A stretch of DNA of 63,831 nucleotides, filler included, from Rhabdomonas costata (GCA_019059605.1; 55 parts of 55 records of this genome joined end to end with filler, not necessarily neighbours in it); one strand, 5' to 3'; counted from the whole stretch's first letter, positions 11,651-24,114 are shown. Notes: generated from the sequence alone by a model not told the origin. Numbers and translations are program-made.

Positions 11651-12688
11651 TGGTTTTCCAATCCAATTAAGTGCCGCGACAGCCCTGCCACCAATTACCT
11701 GGACCTCGTCAATCGCAGCACAACGTCTACCTTAATCTTCGAGGAGGTCAGCTTGGACTTTCGCCCAGAGATGAAGGCCCGCTACGGCGTTACAGGTCTA
11801 GTGGGGCCCCGTGCTCTTCTAAATTTACAATTGTTTCGTTTTGCTGGAGCATGTAGCATTCGTTTATGAACGTTTTTGGAGGGATGGTGGGCGGTAGGGC
11901 CGAAATCCACGTGCACCTTCCGAAAGTACTCCCTGCAGTACTACCACATGTGTCGGTTTTTCGACTACCTTATCTTCCACTCCGCCACGCTGAAGCAATT
12001 TGAGTATGTGTGGCGGATGGACGGGAACATCGCCCTGGCTAAGCCCCTGACATGTGACCCATTCTTGGTACCCACTTGCATTCCCTGTGAATTCCCCTGA
12101 CATGTGACCCATTCTTGGTACCCAATTGCATTCCCTGTGAATTCGTGAGCAACACGTTTAGGCTGTCCTCAGTCAGGGTTGTCCCAGTCAACCACTTGCT
12201 GCGGAACTCTGACGCATGAGTCCTTCCACGCTTCCATTCGCCATGAATTGCACCCACTGTTTTTGTCTTGCTTCTGAGTTTGTCCACACTGGCGTATCCT
12301 CCATCTGCCTGATTTGCACATTTGCTCAGAGTATTTATGATGGAATGTGTTGAAGTTTGCTGTCCCACATATCGTCAGCTCGCAAACCTGCATTTCACCA
12401 CGAGCCGTCTTGCAAATTTTGGGGATATGTTCATCAGGGATTTTGGTGGCTTTGATGTGCATTCATAGCATTAAAGGCCTCGATTTTGTACTGACTCTTG
12501 AATCCTGAGCCATTTCTACTGAGCTCGTTTGCCGTCCCCCTTCTTCTCTACCCAGGTGATGCGGAAGGCCAACGCCATCTTTGGGTTTTACCGCTGGGAG
12601 TACCAGGAGCCCAAGGGCTGCATGGGCCCGATCCGCGAGTGGGGCTTTGCCTATGCTACTTCCCGCAACTTCACCCCCCCCCAACACA
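11651..12688 (+). CDS. Glycosyltransferase family 15 (KRE2/KTR-like mannosyltransferase), 3 exons
   Basis: Exons 11651-11795, 11898-12067 and 12556-end join via GT-AG introns to give ...YGVTGPKSTCTFRKYSLQYYHMCRFFDYLIFHSATLKQFEYVWRMDG...CDPFLVMRKANAIFGF, with the YxHMCRF, YxWR and DPF..M...GF motifs. Confidence 0.88.
12044..12143 (+). repeat. 50-bp tandem duplication spanning an exon end and splice donor
   Basis: cccctgacatgtgacccattcttggtaccca(c/a)ttgcattccctgtgaatt occurs twice with one mismatch. Confidence 0.95.
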
Positions 12689-12788
12689 NNNNNNNNNNNN
12701 NNNNNNNNNNNNNNNNNNNNNNNNNNNNNNNNTTAATTAATTAANNNNNNNNNNNNNNNNNNNNNNNNNNNNNNNNNNNNNNNNNNNN

Positions 12789-13851
12789 GGGTGGCGTAGT
12801 CCTTCAACCACTGCTTCTCCTGTTGGCTGTGAGAGAAAAAGAGAAGCTCCCGATCGTCTGCAGAACACAGAGAGACAAACTGTGCCTTGAAGGAGGCGCA
12901 CATTGGAACAGCGACGAAGAGGGTGGTGAGGTATTCCGACTCCACAGGGCCTTCCTCCCCATTCTGTTGATACCACTGCTTGACGATGTTTGCGATCGGC
13001 TTGACGGCCAGTGTCCCTCTGCGTGCATGGCCAAAGCAAGCATTTTTCCAAGAAAGACTCAACTCACTGCTGTCTTTCAGGAGCAGCGTCACATACGTGC
13101 TCTTCTTCTTCACGCTGGCGAGTTTTTGCTTGACGTCGTTGTAGTCAGACAACCTGGTGCGAATGTTCTCCTCACCCTTCGCGACATTCTGAGCATACGC
13201 ACACATCGAGCGGATGGTCAACAACTTTTACCGCGCCTAATTGCACCGGGGTGCTTTTGTGGGTTCGTTCGTCGACTTCGAACTTCGAACTCCGCTGCAC
13301 AAAGACCCAAGACTTAACTTCAGCATACCAACCCCCAAAAAACTCAGGTGGAAAACGTACATCGACCCTGCAGGGATATGGCCTCAGAGCGGCGTGAAGA
13401 AAGCGGTGCCACCGCGAATGTGCATTCGGTCGTGAGTGAGGCAAAGTGTTCGAATGCTAGCGAAAAATTGTCGCCAAGGACTGTTGGCAAAATGCCAGAG
13501 CGGTGGGGCTCAGGATATAGATGTGAGGTGCGGATACTTCTGTAATGGATTGAATCAACTGCTTCAGGGGCTTGTTGATCGGATACTGCGCCTCATTCCA
13601 CTTGAAGTTGGAGAGGTACTCCTCTGTTCTCTTTGTTATGGTCGTCCCTGCAAGGAAAGGGCAAAAAACAAAAGAGGGCAAAAATTACGTTCCAAAGGCC
13701 GAGCTGCGGCAAAATTGCGCGCTGAGGGGACCTCCTGAGGGCTCATTGACCGCGGCGACGTCTTGGCTACCTGAAATGTCCTCAAGAATAGACAGGACCT
13801 TGAAAGTGGTTCCCTCAACTTGGGTGTCGATTTTCATGAGGTCATCGGAGC
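12789..13851 (-). CDS. ATP6V1C: V-type H+-ATPase V1 subunit C, 5 exons (internal fragment)
   Basis: Spliced (all GT-AG): SDDLMKIDTQVEGTTFK...EEYLSNFKWNEAQYPINKPLKQLIQSITE-NVAKGEENIRTRLSDYNDVKQKLASVKKKST-GTLAVKPIANIV...VESEYLTTLFVAVPI-QQEKQWLKDYAT. Confidence 0.95.
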
Positions 13852-13951
13852 NNNNNNNNNNNNNNNNNNNNNNNNNNNNNNNNNNNNNNNNNNNNTTAAT
13901 TAATTAANNNNNNNNNNNNNNNNNNNNNNNNNNNNNNNNNNNNNNNNNNNN

Positions 13952-14875
13952 TGGGTGGGGTCTGGGCTATTCTGCGCCGCAGGGGCTCGAAGAGGTACGC
14001 CTCGAAAGGGCATGGGGTGCCCTCAGGGGTGCGCCAGGCCTCCGTCATTAGGGTTTCCTCCAGGAACTCGTAGAGGTGGGGGACGTGAGGGGCGATGAAG
14101 ATGGTGTCCCCGGAGGTGTGGGTGGTGGTGAACTCCCGGCCTCGGGCGACCTGGGTCAGGCGGGCCTTGCCCCAAACAATGTGGTTGACCTGAAAAAACA
14201 GGGCAGCTGCCAACTTTGAAGATGCAGTGGGGATAAATAGCAGGGCTGCTCAATTTTTCACGCGATTTTCAACTTCAAAATGCACACAATCACACAATCC
14301 CACATCACGAAAACCCCTTTTTGGCTAACAATGAGCCGTTACCGAAGGCTGTAGCAATTTTCACAGGCGCGTGTGTGAGATTCTGTGATTCACGCTTTTT
14401 CACGACTTTTGGGACTTTCCACGTTTCCCCAAGGATTTTTTCATGAAGCAAAAACTGAGCGGCCTTTCAAGAAGAATAGTACGGAGCGGGTTTTCTTTTC
14501 CAGAACGAGGGCACGTCACTGGGGTCGATCTCAGAGGAAATGGGGCGTTTTGTCAAGACAAAGGGTAAAAATGAAAACGATGTCTGATATTTGCGTACCG
14601 AAACACATTCACATTATAGAAAGTGAACGACACGTGCAGTTGGGTTGAGAGGAGAAGATCCGGGCCGTTGGTGCGCGGACGCACAAACGCAGAGGGGTGA
14701 TGGAGAGGTAGGAGCGGAGTGCGGCTCCGAACTTACCTGCTCGCACTTGTGGAGGTCACCGGAGCGCTTGTGCCCCTTGTGGGTTTGAATGATGTTGACG
14801 TACTGGCCGTCGGCGAACTCCAGCCGCTGGTAGCTACCTCGCGCATCCTCAAACCGCTGCACAGCCAACCCATGC
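13952..14875 (-). CDS. Cupin-domain protein, 2 exons
   Basis: FEDARGSYQRL...THKGHKRSGDLHKCEQ|gtaagt...ttcag|VNHIVWGKARL...GDTIFIAPHVPHLYEFLE contains both cupin motifs. Confidence 0.85.
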
Positions 14876-15177
14876 GTCGGCCAACAACAAGGGACCAGCC
14901 ACCCATGACAACACCTCCAAAGCAAATCCAATACATGCAACTAACCAAACTTGTTAGCGGAATGTGCCCATTCGACAATTCTACAGCAAAGTTGCAGGGC
15001 AAGACCCCAACACANNNNNNNNNNNNNNNNNNNNNNNNNNNNNNNNNNNNNNNNNNNNTTAATTAATTAANNNNNNNNNNNNNNNNNNNNNNNNNNNNNN
15101 NNNNNNNNNNNNNNAAGCAACCGGGAAAGGGAGAGGAATTACATTTGGAAGTCCCGCCATTTTCGCTGCGTACCTAC

Positions 15178-16034
15178 AGCCTTCGTGCCGTATACTACCG
15201 CTCCTGGGCCGCGGTGGCTGGGTCCAAACCCTCGGGCGTCCAGGCTGCCTTCGCTCTCCTGGGGAGCGGGGTCCGCCCATAGAAGGTCAGTGAACATCCG
15301 CTGCAGCGCGGTGGATGAGCCCACGGCCTGCAGCTCGGGGGTCCGGCGCGCGCGAACCCACGCGGCGGAGTCACGGAGCAAGGCCATGCGGTCATCGGGT
15401 TGGTCCGCGAGAAGCCGAGGGATGCCACCGTGTACGCAGAACACCTGGCCGTCCAGGATCGCCGCCAGGGGCATCACGTCAAAGACGCTGTGCATAGCCT
15501 CGAAGACCTCCGGGGCACGCGCTGCGGAACGGAACAAGAAGCTGGGTGTTAGCCAACGCTGCGCACGCACAAATACACTCACTCACACACCCTTGCGCAT
15601 ACTCACTCACTCACTCGCACATTTTCCCTCCGGGGTCAAATTTCTCGATGACTAAAAGGGTACGGTTGCAAGCGGTGCCGCCAAAGAGACGAAAGAGACA
15701 AAATTGCAGTGCAAAACCACCGGCATGGAGGCAGATAGCAATGAAAAAACGCCACAACAGCCTAGTTGGCAAACCACAACCACAGTCCTTGCGAAGGGTG
15801 AGAAGCTGAACTGCACATGGCTCGTCACCCAGTGTTTTGTGCGTGATGGTGGTGTGGGGGGCTGAGTGCCCATGTACATACATCCAAATAAGCGGATGCA
15901 CTGCGTGTAGAGACTGTCGGGGAACATGCTCTTCATCTCCCGAGTCTCGTGGTTTCCTCGCAGCAGAAAAACCCTGTTTGGGGCGAGGGCCTTCAAGGCG
16001 AGCAAGTAGGTCACAACTTCCACGGAACACGGAC
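15178..16034 (-). CDS. Ser/Thr protein phosphatase (PPP family), 2 exons
   Basis: LLRGNHE, FCVHGGI and DLLWADP motifs. Exons 15882-16034 and 15178-15521 are joined by a GT-AG intron. Confidence 0.95.
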
Positions 16035-16907
16035 CTGCAGGAAGGGAAGGGAAGGGAAGGAAAAAACTGAAAACCAAACTTCCTGAAAGAACACACCGTG
16101 CCCCAGGAAACCGAGATCCCCAGCAAGCGGATTCTAACTGATGTTCGGGCCAAACTACTGGCACCATCAAACAAACCNNNNNNNNNNNNNNNNNNNNNNN
16201 NNNNNNNNNNNNNNNNNNNNNTTAATTAATTAANNNNNNNNNNNNNNNNNNNNNNNNNNNNNNNNNNNNNNNNNNNNGGGGGGTGGGCCTACAGAGAAGA
16301 AGAAAGACGGAAAAGTCGTGGCTGTTATCTGACAAGCTGTTCGTGACCGCAGCGGGCACAAGAGACGACGCTCACCCCGTTATTCACTACTGCGTGGCAA
16401 TCGCTGGGCAGTTTTTGCATATGGCGCTTACTACTCATGTGTCCAGGGTCCCAGGGCTTGGGTCTCGAATGGGTCGAATGGGGTAGCTGGACAGGCTTAA
16501 CATACTTTGCGTTATGTGTTCACGCTGTTACAATGCGGTCAATTACTCTACACATGCACTACTTTTCCGCCACGTTTGGGAACCAAGTGACCACTCTGGC
16601 CGCAGTTACAAGAACCCATGTCAGGCAGTAAATCCCACCTAAGTGAGTTCTGTGAGCTCTGGGTGATGGCACAAAGATTTGAGCGATATTAAGTCATCCA
16701 CCAATTTCGCTGCCTCCCCCTCATTCCATTTCAGGGGTGATCCCTAACATCATTGGTGCTCAGATCGGATGGCCAAGACAGACGCGGCGACATACAAGTG
16801 CTGCTAAAACTCCTCTACTTTCCCAAAAACAACGAGAACAGAAGTAATTCTTGCGCACAGACACTGCAAAAGGTGAGAGCAAGAGAGAGCCGCGGACACG
16901 CGCGCAC

Positions 16908-17120
16908 CGCGAGGTCCTTAGGCAGCCTCACCGCCACGGGGTCATCCCACACAAAGAGCCGCTCCTCACGGCGCTCGGCGCGAGCTGAGGGCAGAGCCAG
17001 CCCTGCCACACTGGCACGGAAGAAGAGCTCCTCTGAGGGTGCCTCCTCCCCCTCGACCTCTACCGCCGCCTCACCGAAGGCACGGCCAGGCGCGGGCTCT
17101 GAGGGGCTGCCGCGAAATGT
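16908..17120 (-). CDS. Exon of an unidentified protein
   Basis: GC-rich frame TFRGSPSEPAP...LFVWDDPVAVRLPKDLA bounded by cggcag| and |gtgcgc. Confidence 0.5.
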
Positions 17121-18603
17121 CTGCCGCAGAGACACATACGCACACATATACACATACACATATAAGAGGCGGCACAAGAATGTTTAACGACCCCCTCTTG
17201 CAATCAGCTTCACAAGCAAGTTTTTGCAAGTGCATGTCGCTTCATAAGTGTTGCATGGCCCTCGCCGCGCTTCGCGTGACCAGCCCCGAGTCGGACGCCG
17301 CTCGCCAACGGCTCGCTCCGCCCACCTCTAGAAACCAAAANNNNNNNNNNNNNNNNNNNNNNNNNNNNNNNNNNNNNNNNNNNNTTAATTAATTAANNNN
17401 NNNNNNNNNNNNNNNNNNNNNNNNNNNNNNNNNNNNNNNNAGATGCTGACAAGCAGTTCCTTCTGTATGTCGTTGATGCTATTGCCTCAACCGCCCAATT
17501 ATGCACTACCAAGAATAGAGGTTTGCTTCAGAGTGGAGACTCTTTGCTCAGACACAAACTTCAGAAACAATTGCCTGACCTTTTCGCATACTCAGACCAA
17601 TTGAAAAATTGAAATAATGGGTGCTACATTAATAAGATAATTTTATTAATTAGTTCAAACGTCTGTATTGTATCCCATTGTGGACATTGCAAATAAGACT
17701 GTTGAAGCTCCACTTTTCATTACACACCACTTCCATATTATCTAAAAGACTGTTTTGGTCACATGAAAACGATGAGGCCCAGCAAACATCGAGAGGTTTC
17801 AAAATAATTATGCTCAGGTGTTGTTTGTTAAACGGAACTATAAACTTATCGAAGTCACATTTAAACCACCCCATGTATTACACTGCGTTAGATTCCACCA
17901 CTGACAGAGACGTTACATGAAGTGACGTAGTCCGACGGCTAACGCGGTGGCACCGGAATCATCTTCTCATAAGGTGCTAAAGGATTCCGAAGACTGCGTT
18001 GTCTAACGCGTTGTATTCACTGCCTCTGCCGTGCTGGAAATTTTGAACATGAAGGTTGTCGTTCTGTGCCAAGTCAAAGGTACTACGTGCACCACTCCAG
18101 CCACCTCATGCTCGTTCTTTTGTGCTCATCAGATCAAAAAAGGAATCTGACGATTTGGGATTTGAGAGCACCTTCTTTTGGAGGTCAAGCACCTTTGGGA
18201 ATTCGCGTTTTGATGTCCGCGGGTTTCAAATAATGGTAGATCGGTAGCCGGAGGTTCCTCTAAACTGAAGGGCGGACGTTTTTTGGCGGACCGCGGTTAG
18301 TCGCTCTTAAGTCGGTTGGACGGCTGGCCAAGCCGATGTTCCGGAATACGTCGCACTCGATCCGGGTCGCGGGCAGTGCCAGTCCGTTTTGGTGTGTTTG
18401 GTGTCTTTCTGGGAGTTGGCCACCGGCCACCGGCCACAATGAACATTTTGGGGGGAAGGACGACGACGACAACAACAACAACAACAACACACCCACACCC
18501 ACCNNNNNNNNNNNNNNNNNNNNNNNNNNNNNNNNNNNNNNNNNNNNTTAATTAATTAANNNNNNNNNNNNNNNNNNNNNNNNNNNNNNNNNNNNNNNNN
18601 NNN

Positions 18604-18694
18604 GCATCCGGAAGCCATCCTGCTTGGGGTTGCCGGGGATGTACCGCCCCCCGGCCTCAATCTTCGCCTTCTTTGTCACCGGTGGCTTCGGCAT
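18604..18694 (-). CDS. aguA: Agmatine deiminase (iminohydrolase) N-terminus (not in ORF track)
   Basis: ATG at 18694 gives MPKPPVTKKAKIEAGGRYIPGNPKQDGFRM(P), matching the P-x-x-DGFRMP(AEW) N-terminal motif. Truncated by the contig end. Confidence 0.75.
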
Positions 18695-19766
18695 CAGTCA
18701 AACTGTGCTCAAAAAAAGCTAAGTTAAGCAGCAAAAAATAGAAAGGCAACAAACCAAAAAAAAGCCTCTTTCATTTCATGGACTACATACACGAGGAATT
18801 GTATTTCATGAATACATACATGAGGAACTGTAAGCATATGGATGGAAAAAAAACGTTGTCAGGTAAGTGCTTGACACCATATAGAAACTCCCATCCAATA
18901 TAGAGGTACAGTATACATGGAAAACTCCAGGCTCTCGTCAGTTCAAGGAGGCCAATATTCAAAAAAAGTCTCGAAGTACTGAAGAAGCAAAATTGAGAAG
19001 CTGTGAAGAAATCAGCTCCTCTAAAACACAGCGCAGTCAGGATCATGGATCCACAGCCCTAAAGTTCACGCGGGTACTGCGATCCCAAAATCTCTGTATG
19101 TTGCCATGGCTTCCCCCAGGGACTTGGCAGGTTACGTACGAGTGAATGGAGACATTTCGCGTGTTTGTTGATCGAGCTAGCATTTTTCAGCTTATTCGCA
19201 GTATTCGCAAGCAGAGAAAGCCAAATGCTCAAAAAGGTGAATCCTCCAAAAGCACCACTGGTCCATGCAAATCAGTCCAGAAAGTTTCGGGCACCCGGTG
19301 AACAGTCAGCACACGTCAAAGCCAAACTAGGAGGAAAAACCAGAACCACCAGAAGGAATAAAATGGCGCAGAGGATTCCAAGCAAAGGGCCTCTCACAAA
19401 TAAGCCAATTTGGAATTTCGAAGAGATGGCTGGTTCTGTTGAAGGATAGAATCCACCACATGCAGAAGTTCGCTTGCACTTGAGAATGATCATCATCAAG
19501 CGACTGATGCGTAGCCTCACCGCGCGAGAGGCGATCCGTCGACCGCTCGTCGCACCCAACCATATCACGAGGCCATTTATTGCATAGCAGCCAAAGAGGT
19601 GCCGAAGGAATGCATCTTTGATCCTGAAACTCATTGTGACATCGACCCTTGAAAGTAAAAAAAACANNNNNNNNNNNNNNNNNNNNNNNNNNNNNNNNNN
19701 NNNNNNNNNNTTAATTAATTAANNNNNNNNNNNNNNNNNNNNNNNNNNNNNNNNNNNNNNNNNNNN

Positions 19767-19943
19767 TTGACGCAGTGGAGCGCTGGGCAATTCTCTGTCC
19801 TGTTGGCTTCATTACCTTCTGCACCAAAGTTGTGCAGTGGCCCCACTGAACCTGCACTTTTCTCGGCCTCACTCCGCCACGCGGTGTTCGCTTCGGCCGT
19901 CGAGTACAACCCCGGCAAAGCGGCCAGGCTTCTGTTCTACAAC
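19767..19943 (+). CDS. Exon fragment of an unidentified protein
   Basis: Open frame LTQWSAGQFSVLL...AVEYNPGKAARLLFYN ending at |gtttcg. Confidence 0.4.
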
Positions 19944-20999
19944 GTTTCGGGAGGCTTGCTGAAAATACCAGTCCTATTTCGGCTTAGCTCTGCCCAAACA
20001 ACAGATGTTTTTGGTTCTTCAAAGTCACGGCAGCAACGCACAGGGTGTTCAAAAAGGGTCCGAGCAAAAGGAAATGCAATAATTCTGACTCACCTTTGGT
20101 TCGTTTGGGGAGGGAACTCGACCTTGTGTGGGGTATCGGTATGAGTTGGGTTTGCGAAGCGGTGAGGCAGCAACTGGCCAACCCTACCAACCCCGTTTTT
20201 CTTTGCTCCTCTCGCTACGCATTTTCTGTAATCTTCGAACCCCATCTCCGCAGCGACACTAACACGCACTTCCACGCTCCCCGCCGCATTTCCGCTCGGG
20301 CTTTCCCACTCAGTCTGCCCCGTCTCACCCTCCCATCTCATTCCTTCTCATTCCTCTCCTCCCGGCTATCCTTACCAGCCTCTTCAGCTCTGTTCCCACA
20401 TCCCAAATCGTCATGTGCACAACCTTTTGAGCAAGCACAGTTAGCTCGACAGCAGCGTGCAGCATGCGCTTCAGCCCAAGAGCGAGATTAAGAACACCAG
20501 TCTACCAACCAGTTACCCCAAGGTATTGGGAGAACAATAAGAAAAAAGTGAATTAACTTGTCAAAAGACTCGGTGAAGAACGCTGGAACTTGCACTTTAT
20601 GAGTAGCAAACCTCTTTCAGTTCAGGGCCAGCACTGGATAAATTCACGAAACTCACTTGTATCCAGACGCCGTACGAAGGAAAGTCGGCAACGCAAGCAA
20701 TCAAGCAATACAGTGTCAACCTGAGCCTTTCGAGGGTGTCGCCCGATGTCAACATAGGGGCAACCCCGCGTCTTGCAGTGTCCCTTGCCATCGTGGGTGC
20801 CAGGCAGAACCCCGAAATCTTCCACAAAANNNNNNNNNNNNNNNNNNNNNNNNNNNNNNNNNNNNNNNNNNNNTTAATTAATTAANNNNNNNNNNNNNNN
20901 NNNNNNNNNNNNNNNNNNNNNNNNNNNNNGTTTTTTGTGCTATCAAATAAGTTTCGGATCAGAAACGAACGTGAGACTTGCGACCTGCCCCCAACAACT

Positions 21000-21800
21000 T
21001 ATTTTGTTCCCTTCGTTTGGTTATCACGCGGCACGAATTTGTGAACGATCCACTTTTGAATGCTGTCGCGGACTTTTTCCGGGACTGAAATCTTTATAAA
21101 AAAGCCGCCGCCATTTGCTACCGGCCATTTCCGGCAATGACCATGGAGGTACGGCCAAAAACGTGGCCGCTCCCCAATCTTTTGCCGTTTGCCCACCCAA
21201 GGCCCACCCAAGGGAAAGGAAGTGCCGATTTCTAAACGTCTTATGCCATCCCTCCTTTTGGATATGGGATGAAGGCAAGAAAGTTGAACTGTTGAAGCCG
21301 CCGGGCGCGGTGAAGTAATGTGTGTATTGACTATAACGCTCTACCAGGACTTCCCTGCGCCCGCGCTGTTCCCAGAGTTGCTCAACCACAGGTCAAAAGT
21401 CAATGCCCCTACGCCTCCGCAACAATGCTGTGGTTTAAAGCATTGTCGATATAGCCGATTCGACACACCATGCCATAAGTTTGCTTACAGGAGGCACCCG
21501 CATGCCTGATTCCTCCGAACAGTGGAATTTTCAATGCCCATCCTTGCCATACTTCCACCGCGCACTTGGCCACCATATGCATCCATAATGGGCTCTTCCC
21601 ATATCACTGGGTAAGGATAATATGCCGCCCTCCGCTGAATGTAGTGTTCCCGTGCTTTGATCAGATCTATTAAAGGTGGAACAGCACAGTAATGAAGATC
21701 TTGTGGGTCCGTGCGACTTTGTCCAAAAGCTCAGGTATGGCATTTTCCCATTGAAGGTGGCGTTGGGGTCAAGGGCGACGCTCAATTAAACAACAAAAAG
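21000..21800 (-). mobile_element. Degenerate DIRS/YR-type retrotransposon remnant (methyltransferase-like region)
   Basis: Frameshifted pieces VALDPNATFNGKMPYLSFW / LHYCAVPPLIDLIKAREHYI / AEGGILSLP / VIWEEP resemble the D-x-F-A...N...NPP(F)...L-x-x-P-x-W methyltransferase pattern of DIRS elements. Confidence 0.35.
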
Positions 21801-22299
21801 CCACCACCATTACCAACATTACATGGTCGTTTGCGCGATAACCCGAACACAAGGATCCGAGCGCTCGCCAACAATGGATGGTGCACATTCCAACCCAACG
21901 CGGTAAACAACCGGTAAAAACCACCAGTGGGGCCGATGAAGGCAACCGAAGAGCGACGACCACCATCACCTTTTAGCCTTTTACACCCCCCCNNNNNNNN
22001 NNNNNNNNNNNNNNNNNNNNNNNNNNNNNNNNNNNNTTAATTAATTAANNNNNNNNNNNNNNNNNNNNNNNNNNNNNNNNNNNNNNNNNNNNCGCACACA
22101 GATCGGGTTGTGCGAAAATGCAAACCCAAACTTTGCAGAAATGTAGACGGCACGTGCACAAACAAACATAGGCAGTCATTCTTCTTTTCTCCGGAAGTCA
22201 CTTTCTGACGGCAAATACTTATTGCTGTGGCAGTGTGTTGGGCTTTTTGCATGCGGTGGAGTTCCCCACGACTGGTAAGCCCCACCTGATCCTCCACAA

Positions 22300-22943
22300 C
22301 AAAGTTTTTCTGGGCGAACCCCTCCTTGGAATTTGCTTAAGATTACTGCCCTGTTTTGGACGATGCCGTTTTTTTTTCATTTCCGCGACCTCCACGATTA
22401 TCTCTTCAGCTCATTCAAACCCAATACCCATTACCAGGCTGCTTCGGTTTTTGTTCGACAGGAGCTGAGATACCGCTCCCCTCCTTCCCACTGCTTTTAC
22501 CGGCGGATTGCAAACTGGCGACGATCTGATGACCGTGCCAACACCCAGTATTCCCTCAGAGTCCGCAGCCCACCCAATGCAAGCACCACCTCCCTGCGGG
22601 GTCCCACCGGTCCGGATACCAGATTTTGGTATACCCCCTCATAATGGTCGATGCTGATTCGGTAATTGTTGTAGCGGTGCCTTTTCCGGAAAGGGTCAAA
22701 CAGTGGGTGCTGTGAGTTGCGCTCTTGGTTTTTGAAGCGAGCTTCATATTCGGCGTTCGCCGGCTTTCGCTTAGCGAAAGGTTTGGGGCAGTTCCGAGTT
22801 TGCAGTATGTCACACCACTTCGGTCCATGTTGGGATATGCAGCGTTGAGCCCCAACGACTCTAGGCTCATCTCGCTCTCGCTCCCAGGTTTTGATTGCCC
22901 TGCATATTTTTAACAGTGAGCTTATCCGTCCAGTCCTCCTCAC
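22300..22943 (-). mobile_element. Degenerate non-LTR (LINE-like) reverse transcriptase remnant
   Basis: Frameshifted pieces LSGKGTATTIT / NNYRISI / TIMRGYTKIW and a later GVR-like segment resemble RT domain 1-2 (K..G....NYRPISL...K...KI) and the G(V)RQG motif. Confidence 0.4.
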
Positions 22944-23902
22944 TTACAGCTTGAGCAGTTCTTGCTTCCCCCTCACTTTACCCGTCCCTGCTCCCTCCTC
23001 CCTCTTTTTCCGCTTGTACCACCAACTACACCGATCCCAGACCACCCTCAGCATGCACACCACCCTAGCAACTCTGACCCACCTTGACACCCGCAGCAAC
23101 CTTCGACACCGACACCCCACGCACCACCATCCCAAACAACACCAAACACACCCCANNNNNNNNNNNNNNNNNNNNNNNNNNNNNNNNNNNNNNNNNNNNT
23201 TAATTAATTAANNNNNNNNNNNNNNNNNNNNNNNNNNNNNNNNNNNNNNNNNNNNTTAGTGCGCATATGGACGATGTTTTTTGGCCCTTGGTATGTGACC
23301 TTTGGGGCGCCGGGTTCTTGTTAAGCATGTATTGTGATAGCTCCGAACGCTTGCGTTTTGGGGCCGTTTTGTACGCGCATTTAGCTGGAGCTGACTGCCG
23401 CGGCCATTTTTCGGTGTAGTTCCGTTCATACTAACCCTCGCTTACGAGGTGGTTAGTCCACGGGTGGTCTGGTGCAGAGTGTGGGCAGGACACTGTGCAC
23501 ACGCGATGCCATTAATGAATAGTCTATGCTAGGTCTTCTGTGGGTCCAGGGGTGTATTTCCTTCCCGCCGGTTTTGGAGCGTGTTCTCTGTGGTGATGCC
23601 ATTTACATCATTTTGCAGTTGTATACCGCATTGTGCGTATAGTGGGTGCGGGTACGTGACTGCGGTTCTGCGCATTGAGCGGCTGATCTAGTTTACCACC
23701 AGCAAAATTGCTGTGAGCTGCTGGCAAACTCTGTTGCACTCCGGAAATTGGGAAATTGGAAATTGTGTGCTCTTTTGGAAAAGCAACCACATTGACATGA
23801 TTTCAAAAGCCCAAAGATGCACCACTCTACACCACGTAAAGTGGAGTTGAAACCAGTATACTCAACTCAAAACTTCCGGGTCATGCACAGTTGGTGGGGG
23901 GC

Positions 23903-24114
23903 GGTGTTAGACGTCTAACGGTTTTAGACGTCTAACATACCCTCCTGTTGAAATCCCAGGGGGCACGTGTGTCGCATTCCTAACCCCTGCAAAAAATTCC
24001 AGGTGACACTTGTGCCGCATTTCCAAACTACTGCACCACCGGCAAAGGTTCTGTTGGAATACCAGTGGACACGTGTGTCTAACGTCTAATAGCGTTAGAC
24101 GACCCTCTAACACC
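23903..24114. repeat. ~210-bp element with palindromic TTAGACGTCTAA motifs and imperfect terminal inverted repeats (MITE-like)
   Basis: GTTAGACGTCTAAC at 23906-23919 and TTAGACGTCTAA at 23924-23935. An inverted degenerate copy acgtctaatagcgttagacg...tctaacacc lies at ~24082-24114. Confidence 0.55.

Noticed and set aside
11796-11897. Apparent non-canonical acceptor in the GT15 gene (ttggag at 11881 is out of phase)
   Set aside because: The downstream gcggtag| at 11897 restores the frame with a canonical GT-AG intron.
12789-13851. Possible stop-codon reassignment or alternative genetic code
   Set aside because: All conserved genes (V-ATPase C, VPS15, PPP, AcnB, TM9SF) translate stop-free in the standard code once introns are removed.
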